Assembly: GCA_016205145.1 (NCBI GenBank)
Contig: JACQJH010000001.1
Span: 480,001-512,000, forward strand
Direction of reading: 5' to 3'
Source: Candidatus Iainarchaeum sp.
GTDB lineage: Archaea; Iainarchaeota; Iainarchaeia; Iainarchaeales; JACQJH01
Length of the DNA stretch: 32,000 nucleotides
In this document: piece after piece, positions 1-7,488 of the stretch
Numbering within the stretch: the first letter of the stretch is position 1
Layout: every line of letters starts with the position of its first letter
Translations under genes and position numbers: made by a program
The notes under the pieces: model-generated
Told to the model about the DNA's origin: nothing
Seen by the model: the letters and a program-made list of their open reading frames with translations, nothing else
Database searches by the model: none

Positions 1-157
1 GAGGCTGAAAAACGGCAAGGCGTTTGTGCGCGCCGGCGCAGGCATTGTCTTCGATTCGGTGCCGGAAAAGGAATTCGATGAAACCGGGCGCAAGGCGCAG
101 GCCTGCCTGAATGCAATCGAAAGCGCGAACAAAAAAGCCGGGGCGGCGGGAAAATGA
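1..157 (+). CDS. trpE: anthranilate synthase component I, C-terminal fragment (N-terminus lies upstream of window)
   Basis: Frame 2 reads RLKNGKAFVRAGAGIVFDSVPEKEFDETGRKAQACLNAIESANKKAGAAGK*, matching the conserved TrpE C-terminus (AGAGIV.DS.PE.E..ET..K). Stop TGA 155-157 overlaps the next ATG. trpG/D/C/B/A follow. Confidence 0.8.
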   Translation, partial: RLKNGKAFVRAGAGIVFDSVPEKEFDETGRKAQACLNAIESANKKAGAAGK

Positions 158-534
158 CTGCAATTATTAACCTGTCTTTTGATGAAGCTATGGCAGTTTA
201 TGAGGAAGTCATGCTTGCAACGGATTCGAAACCGGCTGTCAGGATTTCCGGCACTTTGGAGCACATCCTGCTTTCATGCGAGAATTCGTTTAACGGCGAA
301 AATGATGCCTTGTTTTTCAAGGCGGCTTTTTTGCTAAAGGAAATAATTTCAAAGCACCCTTTTATGGATGGAAACAAGCGCGGCGCTCTGGCCATAACCG
401 ATGCTTTTCTGAGCCAAAACGGACAATTTTTGGAGTTTGAAAGGCAGGATGTGGCATTTTTGGAAGAAATAGACTTCAAAAAACTGCGGGTTGGCACGAT
501 AAAAAAATTTTTGGAGAAAAAGGTGAAAGTCTAA
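154..534 (+). CDS. doc: Doc (death-on-curing) / Fic-fold toxin
   Basis: 126 aa with HPFMDGNKRGA, which fits the Fic/Doc signature H.F.(D/N)(A/G)NKR. Size and layout are Doc-like. ATG overlaps the trpE stop (ATGA). G+C is visibly lower than the flanks (by eye). Confidence 0.8.
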   Translation: MTAIINLSFDEAMAVYEEVMLATDSKPAVRISGTLEHILLSCENSFNGENDALFFKAAFLLKEIISKHPFMDGNKRGALAITDAFLSQNGQFLEFERQDVAFLEEIDFKKLRVGTIKKFLEKKVKV

Positions 535-668
535 TGGCTCGCCAAAACCTTGTAAATTTCAATGTTCCTTTTGACTACTTTGCGGGCAACTTTCCTGAAT
601 TTTTCGTCAGCCATATTAATATCTCTGCGATAAGTGCATTTAAACATTTGCAGGCGGCGGGAAAATGA
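534..668 (+). CDS. 44-aa bridge ORF (hypothetical); its 3' end duplicates the trpE 3' end
   Basis: ATG overlaps the doc stop (TAATG) and the stop overlaps the next ATG (ATGA). The terminal AAGK* is encoded by the 16-nt direct repeat. It is below the ORF-track size cut-off and no family was recognised. Confidence 0.25.
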   Translation: MARQNLVNFNVPFDYFAGNFPEFFVSHINISAISAFKHLQAAGK

Positions 669-1465
669 GCAGCAAACAAAGAACACCGGTTTCACCCACA
701 AGCCGGCTGAGAAATTTGATAGCCGATTCTTATTTCAGGGCGTCTCCTCGTGCCAAAACGGATTTGCGCACGGGGCTGAGTGAAGGCCACGGAGGGAGTC
801 ATCCGGATTATCCGAACAGGGGCGCAATGAATGTTTTTGAGGTAATTGATGATGGGAAACCGTTAAGGGGCATTAGGAAAAGTTTCCAATTGGCTCTGCG
901 TCTTGTGGCTGATTTCCATGGCCGGCCGGCAACTGGCATTTTGAGAATGGGCAAAGCAGGAATAAGGCGCAAAGTTAGCGGCGAAGCGGCACATCTTCTT
1001 CCGGGGCACGGGCTTGCCGGGCCACAATTTGTTGAGCAGAAGATTTTTGAAAATGTTCCGCCCGACAAACTTGAGCTTTTCATTGATATTGCCAGAAAAA
1101 ATAAGGGCGAGCCGTTGGCGAGGTTTCTGGAACGTGAAACGGTTTCCGGAATATATTCTGATGAGGAACGGGCAGCCCTTTGCGAAGGGTTTCCGACCGT
1201 CGGCAGGCTTTTGGCGGCCGTAAGGGCCGGTTTGCTTGTAAAGCTGACCGAACAGGCGATAGTAGAACTTGCATATGCGCACAGAGTGCAACTTCCGAAA
1301 CCGTTTACTGGCAGGCCCCTAAAAACGCACGTGATTTTGGAATATCTTGCGCCAAAATATCCTTCGCGCGAGGCGATGATTGCCGACATTGAACGGGTTG
1401 TGCAAGAAATTCCCGGGTACCAGTTTGTTGCCGAACTGGAAAGAGTTGAAGGTGAAAAAAGATGA
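665..1465 (+). CDS. hypothetical protein embedded in trp operon (266 aa; alternative start ATG 827)
   Basis: ORF coupled at both ends by ATGA overlaps (665 and 1462). The C-terminal two thirds has ordinary globular composition. The first ~54 aa are S/R/P-rich, so M55 at 827 may be the true start. No family recognised. Confidence 0.55.
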   Translation: MSSKQRTPVSPTSRLRNLIADSYFRASPRAKTDLRTGLSEGHGGSHPDYPNRGAMNVFEVIDDGKPLRGIRKSFQLALRLVADFHGRPATGILRMGKAGIRRKVSGEAAHLLPGHGLAGPQFVEQKIFENVPPDKLELFIDIARKNKGEPLARFLERETVSGIYSDEERAALCEGFPTVGRLLAAVRAGLLVKLTEQAIVELAYAHRVQLPKPFTGRPLKTHVILEYLAPKYPSREAMIADIERVVQEIPGYQFVAELERVEGEKR

Positions 1466-2100
1466 GCAAAGGCAAAAGAGGAAAAGGCGCGCGAGGCAAG
1501 GGCATCAACGTTTTGTTCATCGACAACTTCGATTCTTTTACATACAATCTTGTGGACGAGTTTGCGAAACGCGGTTGCCGCGTGAAGGTTTTCCGCAACA
1601 ACATCGCCATCGCAAAAATCAAAAGCGAGGCGAAAAAGTTCAAGGCTCGGCTGATTGTCATTTCGCCCGGCCCCTCGACGCCGGAGCGCGCGGGCAATTC
1701 TATTGCGGTCATAAAAGAGTTTGCCGGAAAAATCCCGGTTTTCGGCGTTTGCCTTGGCCTGCAGGCAATGGTTGTTGCCTTCGGCGGAAAGGTTGCAAGG
1801 GCGCCTGAAACCGTGCACGGCAAGCCGTCTGACGTGGTGCATGACGGCAGAACCATTTTTGAAGGAATTACAAATCCTTTTTCGGCGGGAAGGTATCATT
1901 CCCTTTGCGCTGTCAAAGTGCCATCCTGCCTGCAGGTTTCGGCTTTGTCGGAGTCGAAAGTCGTCATGGCTTTGCGGCACGAAAAATCGGGGAAGACTTT
2001 CTGTGAGGGCGTTCAGTTCCATCCCGAAAGCATTTTAACGCAGGAAGGCGGAAAGATTATTGAAAACATAATTAAAATGGCAGAACGTGATGGCAGATGA
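1462..2100 (+). CDS. trpG: anthranilate synthase component II (glutamine amidotransferase)
   Basis: Motifs FIDNFDSFTYNL, GVCLGLQ (catalytic Cys), GRYHSL and GVQFHPES. There is a K/G/R-rich 17-aa N-terminal extension; an alternative TTG start lies at 1513. Confidence 0.9.
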   Translation: MSKGKRGKGARGKGINVLFIDNFDSFTYNLVDEFAKRGCRVKVFRNNIAIAKIKSEAKKFKARLIVISPGPSTPERAGNSIAVIKEFAGKIPVFGVCLGLQAMVVAFGGKVARAPETVHGKPSDVVHDGRTIFEGITNPFSAGRYHSLCAVKVPSCLQVSALSESKVVMALRHEKSGKTFCEGVQFHPESILTQEGGKIIENIIKMAERDGR

Positions 2101-3113
2101 TCCGTGACAGCCTTTCAAAACTGGTTGAGCGCAAAAGCCTTTCCGATGCGGAAATGCAGGTATGCGTTTCGGAAATGATGATGGGTGAAGCCACGCCGGG
2201 CCAGATAGGCGCGTTCCTCGCGGCAATGCGCATGAAACCTGAAAGTGCCGGGGAAGTCGCTTCCGCAATGATGGCGATGCGCAAATTCATGGTTCCGGTG
2301 AAACCCAAAACAACCGAACCGCTTTTGGACATTGTGGGCACGGGCGGCGATGCCGTGAAGACTTTCAATGTTTCGACGTGCGCGGCAATCATTGCAAGCG
2401 CTGCAGGCTGCAGGGTTGCAAAGCACGGCAACCGCTCTTTCACAAGCAAATGCGGCTCCGCGGATGTTTTGGAAGCTTTGGGCGTCAAGGTCGGCCTCGA
2501 TGCGGAAAAGTGCGCGGAAATGATTGACAGGATCGGAATAGCGTTCATGTTTGCCCCGACGCATCATCCTGCAATGAAGTTTGCCGGCCCTGTGCGCAAG
2601 GAAATCGGTTTCAGGACAATCTTCAACCTGCTCGGCCCGCTCACAAACCCGGCAATGGCGCAGACAATGGTTGTCGGCGTGTACGAAAAGGAACTGGTTG
2701 AAAAGACAGCCAATGTTTTGAAAACTGTCGGAGTGGAGCACGCGCTTGTATTGCACGGCCTGGACGGATTGGACGAGTTTTCGACTGTCGGGCAGACTTT
2801 TGTCGCCGAGCTTTCAGGCAAAAAGATTTCAACCAAGACTTTTTCGCCTAAGGATTTCGGCTTCAAAAAGGCGAAAGCGCAGGACATTGCCGGCGGTTCG
2901 GCTGAAGAGAATGCCAAAATAATTCTCGCAACCCTGAGCAACGAGGAGAAGGGAGCGAAGCTTGACATTGTCTTGTTGAATGCGGGCGCCGGCATTTTCG
3001 TGAACGGAAAGGTGAAAAGCGTGAAGGAAGGCGTTGCGGTGGCAAGGCAGGCAGTCGAATCGGGTGCTGCGCTGAAAAAGCTGGGGCAATTAAAGGAGTT
3101 GTCGAACAGATGA
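2097..3113 (+). CDS. trpD: anthranilate phosphoribosyltransferase
   Basis: Motifs GTGGD, KHGNRS and NLLGPLTNP. ATGA overlap with trpG. Confidence 0.92.
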   Translation: MIRDSLSKLVERKSLSDAEMQVCVSEMMMGEATPGQIGAFLAAMRMKPESAGEVASAMMAMRKFMVPVKPKTTEPLLDIVGTGGDAVKTFNVSTCAAIIASAAGCRVAKHGNRSFTSKCGSADVLEALGVKVGLDAEKCAEMIDRIGIAFMFAPTHHPAMKFAGPVRKEIGFRTIFNLLGPLTNPAMAQTMVVGVYEKELVEKTANVLKTVGVEHALVLHGLDGLDEFSTVGQTFVAELSGKKISTKTFSPKDFGFKKAKAQDIAGGSAEENAKIILATLSNEEKGAKLDIVLLNAGAGIFVNGKVKSVKEGVAVARQAVESGAALKKLGQLKELSNR

Positions 3114-3889
3114 CTTCCGTCAATTTTTTGGAAGGCATTGTTTCGGCTAAAAAGCGCGAGCTTTGCCTGAAAAAGGAGAAGCTTCCGTTCGAGCGCATGA
3201 AGAAAGCCCTCAATCCTGCGGAAAAGGATTTTAAGGCCGCGATCGAGGGCAAGCAGAAAATCTCCCTTGTCGCGGAAATCAAGATGGCGTCACCTTCGGC
3301 GGGAACGCTTTTGCAGGGCGCATCCCCCGTAGAGATTGCGGCGCTTTACGCAAAATACGCCGACGCGGTTTCATTTGTTTCTGACAAATCTTATTTCAAG
3401 GGCAACATCGCGGATTTGCCGAAAGTCTCATCGGTTTCCGGCCTGCCAGTGCTGATGAAGGACTTCATAATAGACGAGTACCAGATTCTGGAAGCGCGCT
3501 TTTTCGAAGCGGATGCGGTTCTGCTGATTGCGTCCATGCTGAAAACCGAAACCCTTGCCGATTTCATTTCAACCGCTGAAAGGCTTTCAATGCATTGTGT
3601 TGTAGAGGTGCATTCGCGCTCCGAACTTGACAAGGCGCTTGAGGCCGGCGCGGAAATAATCGGCATCAACAACCGCAACCTCACGGACTTTTCAATCGAC
3701 ATGAACACGACAAAAAACCTTGCGCCGTTCGTGCCCAAGAAAAAGGTCGTCATTTCGGAATCCGGTTTTTCTTCAAGGCATGATGTTGAAAAGTTCCGCG
3801 GCGAAATCGACGCAATCCTTGCCGGAACCGCCATACTCAAGGCGCAGGACAGGGAAGCAATGCTGAAGGAGCTTTCAGGAAGGCAATGA
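3110..3889 (+). CDS. trpC: indole-3-glycerol phosphate synthase (monofunctional, no fused TrpF)
   Basis: Motifs SLVAEIKMASPSAG, KDFIIDEYQI and IGINNRNL. 259 aa. ATGA overlap with trpD. Confidence 0.9.
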   Translation: MTSVNFLEGIVSAKKRELCLKKEKLPFERMKKALNPAEKDFKAAIEGKQKISLVAEIKMASPSAGTLLQGASPVEIAALYAKYADAVSFVSDKSYFKGNIADLPKVSSVSGLPVLMKDFIIDEYQILEARFFEADAVLLIASMLKTETLADFISTAERLSMHCVVEVHSRSELDKALEAGAEIIGINNRNLTDFSIDMNTTKNLAPFVPKKKVVISESGFSSRHDVEKFRGEIDAILAGTAILKAQDREAMLKELSGRQ

Positions 3890-3940
3890 TTGGAGAATTC
3901 GCGGATGAAGAATTCGTGAATGAAGGATATTTGAAACTGG

Positions 3941-5137
3941 ATGTTGGTTTTGATGGCTGGGATCGGCAGGTTTGGAAAGTTCGGCGGCATTTTCGTGCCG
4001 GAAACCCTTATGCCGGCGTTGGAGGAATTGCAGGCGGCGTTTTCAAAGTATTCGAAGGACAAGGCTTTCAACCGCGAGCTTGATTATCTGCTTAAAGAAT
4101 ATGCTGGCAGGCCCACGCCGTTGACTTTCGCGGACAACCTTTCAAAAATCGTCGGGGCGAAAGTTTACCTGAAGCGCGAGGACCTGCTGCATACGGGCGC
4201 GCACAAGCTCAACAATGCTTTGGGGCAGGCCCTGCTTGCAAAGCGCATGAAAAAATCCAGGCTTATTGCGGAGACCGGCGCTGGCCAGCACGGCACGGCT
4301 GTCGCGACCGCGGGTGCAAAACTGAAATTCAAGACCGAAATTTTCATGGGCGAGGTTGACATTGAAAGGCAGAAGCCGAACGTTTTCCGGATGAAACTGC
4401 AGGGGGCAAAGGTTGTTCCGGTTTCAAGCGGGGGAAAAACCCTCAAGGACGCGATCAACGAGTGTTTGCGCGACTGGGTTGCAAGTTCCGGGTACACGCA
4501 TTACCTTCTCGGTTCGGCTTTGGGCCCGCATCCTTTTCCGGGCATGGTTGCGCATTTCCAGAGCGTCATTGGCAAGGAAGCCAGACGGCAGATTTTGAAA
4601 GCCGAGGGCAGGCTTCCGGATTCGGTTGTGGCGTGCGTGGGCGGCGGCTCGAACTCAATCGGCATTTTCAGGGAATTCCTGAAAGACAAAAAGGTCGGCC
4701 TGCTCGGAGTCGAGGCCGGCGGCCTGGGCATTGAAACCGGAAAGCATGCCGCGCGGTTTGCTGACAAAAAGCTGGGCAGGCCCGGCGTTATCCACGGCAC
4801 TTACACTTACGTTTTGCAGGACAAGTTCGGGCAGATTTACAACACGCATTCCGTGAGCGCGGGCCTGGATTACAGCGCTGTCGGCCCTGAACATTCGCTC
4901 TTGAAGGAAGCGGGCAGGGCAAAGTATTCTTACGCTACTGACCGGCAGGCATTGAATGCGTTCAAGGTCTTGTCGGAAGAAGAAGGAATCATTCCGGCTT
5001 TGGAAAGCGCGCACGCTGTCGCGTACCTGCTCAACCACAAAAACGAGTTCAAGGGCAAGACCGTTGTCTTGAATCTTTCCGGCCGCGGAGACAAGGACAT
5101 TTTCCACGCGGCAAAACAACTGGGTGAGGAAATTTGA
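3941..5137 (+). CDS. trpB: tryptophan synthase beta chain (TrpB1 type)
   Basis: Motifs [26 protein letters not shown] (PLP lysine), ETGAGQHG and GGGSN. An in-frame stop at 3932-3934 fixes the start at 3941 or later. Confidence 0.93.
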   Translation: MLVLMAGIGRFGKFGGIFVPETLMPALEELQAAFSKYSKDKAFNRELDYLLKEYAGRPTPLTFADNLSKIVGAKVYLKREDLLHTGAHKLNNALGQALLAKRMKKSRLIAETGAGQHGTAVATAGAKLKFKTEIFMGEVDIERQKPNVFRMKLQGAKVVPVSSGGKTLKDAINECLRDWVASSGYTHYLLGSALGPHPFPGMVAHFQSVIGKEARRQILKAEGRLPDSVVACVGGGSNSIGIFREFLKDKKVGLLGVEAGGLGIETGKHAARFADKKLGRPGVIHGTYTYVLQDKFGQIYNTHSVSAGLDYSAVGPEHSLLKEAGRAKYSYATDRQALNAFKVLSEEEGIIPALESAHAVAYLLNHKNEFKGKTVVLNLSGRGDKDIFHAAKQLGEEI

Positions 5138-5961
5138 AAAAAACAGGGGAAACGCGCGAAACGCGCTTTGAAAAAAGGTTTTCTGAATTGCGCTCGGCCG
5201 GGCGGCATGCCTTTGTGCCGTTCGTGGTTTTGGGCGACCCGGATTTTGAAACCTCGCTTGAAATAATCAGGACGCTGATTGCTTCCGGCGCTGATGCCCT
5301 TGAATTGGGATTTGCCTTCTCCGACCCGATTGCCGACGGCCCCGTGATTCAGGAAGCCGACCAGCGAGCGCTCGCATCCGGCATGGACACAGACAGGAAT
5401 TTCGAACTGTTGAAAAAAATCCGTTTGCTTGACGCGGAAATTCCAATCTCGCTGCTAATCTATTCAAATCTTATCCTGCAATTCGGCATTGACCGGTTTT
5501 ACAAAAATTGCGCGGAATGCGGCGTTGACGCGGTTCTCGCGTCAGACGTTCCAGTCGAGGAATCGAAGCCGTTCCTTGCCTGCGCGAAAAAATTCGGAGT
5601 GCACCAGATTTTTTTGGTCACGCCGAATGAAACCGAATCGAGGCTGAAAAAAATCCTCGCGGTCTCAAACGGTTATGTTTACGTTGTAGCGGTTCTTGGC
5701 GTTACCGGCGCGCGCGAAAACGTGCAGTCCGTGGCAAAGGGCCTGCTGCAAAAACTGGCAAAAAAAACAAGGCTGCCACTGCTCGTGGGATTCGGCATTT
5801 CGAAGCCGGAGCATGTGCGGGAAATCATTGCGTCCGGCGCGGACGGCGCGATTGTCGGCAGCGCAATCGTCAGGAAAATCGGCGAAAACCTTTCTGACAG
5901 GGAAATGCTTTTGCGTGAACTTAAGAAATTCGCCTCCAGTCTGAAAAGTGCTTCGCTCTGA
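5134..5961 (+). CDS. trpA: tryptophan synthase alpha chain
   Basis: Motifs [18 protein letters not shown] and VGFGIS. TTG start overlaps the trpB stop (TTGA). Confidence 0.9.
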   Translation: MKKTGETRETRFEKRFSELRSAGRHAFVPFVVLGDPDFETSLEIIRTLIASGADALELGFAFSDPIADGPVIQEADQRALASGMDTDRNFELLKKIRLLDAEIPISLLIYSNLILQFGIDRFYKNCAECGVDAVLASDVPVEESKPFLACAKKFGVHQIFLVTPNETESRLKKILAVSNGYVYVVAVLGVTGARENVQSVAKGLLQKLAKKTRLPLLVGFGISKPEHVREIIASGADGAIVGSAIVRKIGENLSDREMLLRELKKFASSLKSASL

Positions 5962-5971
5962 CAAAAATTTG

Positions 5972-5980
5972 CTTTAAAAA
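5972..5980 (+). promoter_or_regulatory. putative TATA box for the tRNA-Ala transcription unit
   Basis: CTTTAAAAA in an A/T-rich context after the trpA stop, about 110 nt upstream of the tRNA. This implies a transcribed leader of roughly 80 nt. Confidence 0.4.
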
Positions 5981-6030
5981 CCCTTGCCAGAAAAATTTTT
6001 CTAATCGGTTATCGCAGGCTGTCGCAGGCA

Positions 6031-6087
6031 GAGGGTTTGAGCGTAGCGAGAACCCTCAACGTCGCACCCGCCGGGCGATGACGGCGA
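6031..6087 (+). repeat. structured tRNA 5' leader module, copy A (hairpin L1 + CAACGTCGCAC box + hairpin L2 with loop GGCGATGA)
   Basis: L1 stem is GAGGGTT (6031-6037) / AACCCTC (6051-6057). L2 stem is CGCCG (6069-6073) / CGGCG (6082-6086) with loop GGCGATGA, ending 1 nt before tRNA position 1. A homologous copy lies at 24016-24140. Confidence 0.6.
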
Positions 6088-6160
6088 GGGCCTGTAGCTC
6101 AGCTGGTAGAGCGCCGCATTCGCATTGCGGAGGCCACGGGTTCGAATCCCGTCGGGTCCA
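6088..6160 (+). tRNA. tRNA-Ala(CGC)
   Basis: 73-nt cloverleaf folded by hand: acceptor GGGCCTG/CGGGTCC with G3:U70, D arm GCTC/GAGC, anticodon loop TTCGCAT, T arm ACGGG-TTCGAAT-CCCGT, discriminator A. No encoded CCA. Confidence 0.93.
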
Positions 6161-6226
6161 AACACGCGCTTTCGATCGCGTGTGCCGAAACCAAGGCGTA
6201 TCACTGTCGTGATACGCCGGGTAAGC
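6161..6226 (+). repeat. structured tRNA 3' trailer module, copy A1
   Basis: Hairpin ACACGCG/CGCGTGT (6162-6183), linker GCCGAAACCAAGGCG, 10-bp hairpin GGCGTATCAC/GTGATACGCC, tail GGGTAAGC. Confidence 0.65.
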
Positions 6227-6230
6227 AAAA

Positions 6231-6261
6231 ACGCGCTTTCAGCGGGACCGAAACCAAGGCG
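6231..6261 (+). repeat. truncated second trailer-module copy (A2)
   Basis: Weak CGC-GCTTTCA-GCG hairpin followed by CCGAAACCAAGGCG (6248-6261). No second hairpin follows. Confidence 0.4.
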
Positions 6262-6300
6262 TACCGATGCTGCAGTTAACCGCGCGGGCTTGATTGTGAA

Positions 6301-7488
6301 TCAGGTTTTTGCAATCGCGTTTTCAAGTTCCGCAATCAAATCGTCCGCATTTTCTATTCCCACGCTCAGCCTCAGCAGGCCGTCGGTGATTCCTTTCCTT
6401 TTGCGCTCTTCCGGCGGCAGGGAACTGTGCGACATTGTCGCGGGGTGGCTGACCAGGCTTTCGACTCCGCCCAGGCTTTCGCCGTAGGTCCAGATGTGCA
6501 GATGTTCAACGAGTTTTTCCGCTGCCTTCAGCCCGCCTTTGAGCTCGAATGAAACCATTCCGCCGGATCCGGTCTGCTGTTTTTTTGCAAGGCCGTGCTG
6601 TGGATGCCCTGCCAGGCCTGGGTAATGCACTTTTTCCACTTTCGCGTTGCCTTCGAGGAATTCCGCGACTTTTTGCGCGTTCTTGTTGTGCTGTTCCATT
6701 CTCAGGTGCAGGGTTTTCAGGCCCCTCAATGCAAGGAAGCATTCCATCGAAGCCATTATGCCGCCGGTCGCGCGCGCATTGAACCGCAGGTTTTCTATGA
6801 GCTCCAAATCATCCGAGCTGATGCTGCCGCCGACCACGTCATTGTGCCCGGCATAGTATTTTGTGAGGCTGTTCAAGACAATGTCTGCGCCGAATTTTTT
6901 TGGCTTCTGGAAATGCGCGGTCAGGAAAGTGTTGTCCACAAGCAATGGAATGCCGCGGCGTTCACAGGTTTCCTTCATCGCCTTGATGTCGACAAGCTTC
7001 AGCATTGGGTTTGTGGGTGTTTCGACAAAAACAAGCTTTGTGTTCGGCTTGAGGCTTTTTTCAAGATTTTCGGGTTTTGTCAAATCAACGAAGTCGGCCT
7101 GCGCCCCGAACTTGTCCAGGACGCGCTTTGTCAGCCTGTAGAACCCGCCGTAGCAGTCGTCGTTGAAAATGATGTGGTCCTTGTTCGAGAGCGTGTGGAT
7201 CAGTGCCAATGACGCGGCAATGCCCGAGCCGAAGCAGACGCTTTGCCCGTAGCCTTCAAGATGCGACATCGCCTTTTCAAGAACCTCGCGCGTCGGCGTT
7301 GACATCCTGCCGTATTCGAAGCCGTGCGGCCTGCCGATGCCGGCCTGCCTGTAAGTTACGGCCTGGTGGATGGGCGTGCAAATTGCCCCCGTTGCGGCGT
7401 CCTGCTGGTTGCCGCCATGCACGCACAAGGTCTCGAAGCCCAGCTTCTTTTCCTCGCCCTTCCCAATCACGTCAAGTGTGTACGCCAT
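6301..7488 (-). CDS. Cys/Met-metabolism PLP-dependent enzyme (cystathionine gamma-synthase / beta-lyase / methionine gamma-lyase family)
   Basis: Motifs GFETLCVHGG, VFVETPTNPMLK and SLTKYYAGHNDV (PLP lysine). The ORF extends to 7548, but that 20-aa extension covers a TATA-like ATTATAAAAAG, so M21 at 7488 is preferred. Confidence 0.88.
   Translation of the reverse strand: MAYTLDVIGKGEEKKLGFETLCVHGGNQQDAATGAICTPIHQAVTYRQAGIGRPHGFEYGRMSTPTREVLEKAMSHLEGYGQSVCFGSGIAASLALIHTLSNKDHIIFNDDCYGGFYRLTKRVLDKFGAQADFVDLTKPENLEKSLKPNTKLVFVETPTNPMLKLVDIKAMKETCERRGIPLLVDNTFLTAHFQKPKKFGADIVLNSLTKYYAGHNDVVGGSISSDDLELIENLRFNARATGGIMASMECFLALRGLKTLHLRMEQHNKNAQKVAEFLEGNAKVEKVHYPGLAGHPQHGLAKKQQTGSGGMVSFELKGGLKAAEKLVEHLHIWTYGESLGGVESLVSHPATMSHSSLPPEERKRKGITDGLLRLSVGIENADDLIAELENAIAKT

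Noticed and set aside
665-1465. Calling the 266-aa ORF trpF (PRA isomerase)
   Set aside because: It has no similarity to the TrpF N-terminal or phosphate-binding motifs, and the sequence looks mainly helical. It is kept only as a low-probability hypothesis in the findings.
808-2022. 404-aa minus-strand ORF spanning the unknown ORF and trpG (plus similar antisense ORFs 2072..2548, 2115..2756, 3391..4071, 4655..5119)
   Set aside because: These are shadow ORFs antisense to genes with unmistakable Trp-enzyme motifs. Their translations are low-complexity and R/A/S/P-rich, with no motifs.
6162-6191. CRISPR-repeat-like look of trailer hairpin 1 plus ...GAAAC (a stem-loop followed by a GAAAC handle, as in some type I repeats)
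   Set aside because: The copies are single, not in an array. They have no regular spacers, the sequences differ between copies, and no cas genes are present in the window.
6074-6191. Hammerhead-like reading: GAUGA in the leader loop plus GAAAC in the trailer, with the tRNA as stem II
   Set aside because: The CUGAUGA core is not satisfied (GCGAUGA). The apparent GGC/GCC pairing at tRNA-Ala is not reproduced at tRNA-Ser(GGA).
6001-6487. ORFs 6001..6228 (-) and 6125..6487 (+)
   Set aside because: They run through tRNA-Ala and its structured flanks, or lie antisense to the PLP enzyme gene. The translations do not look protein-like.
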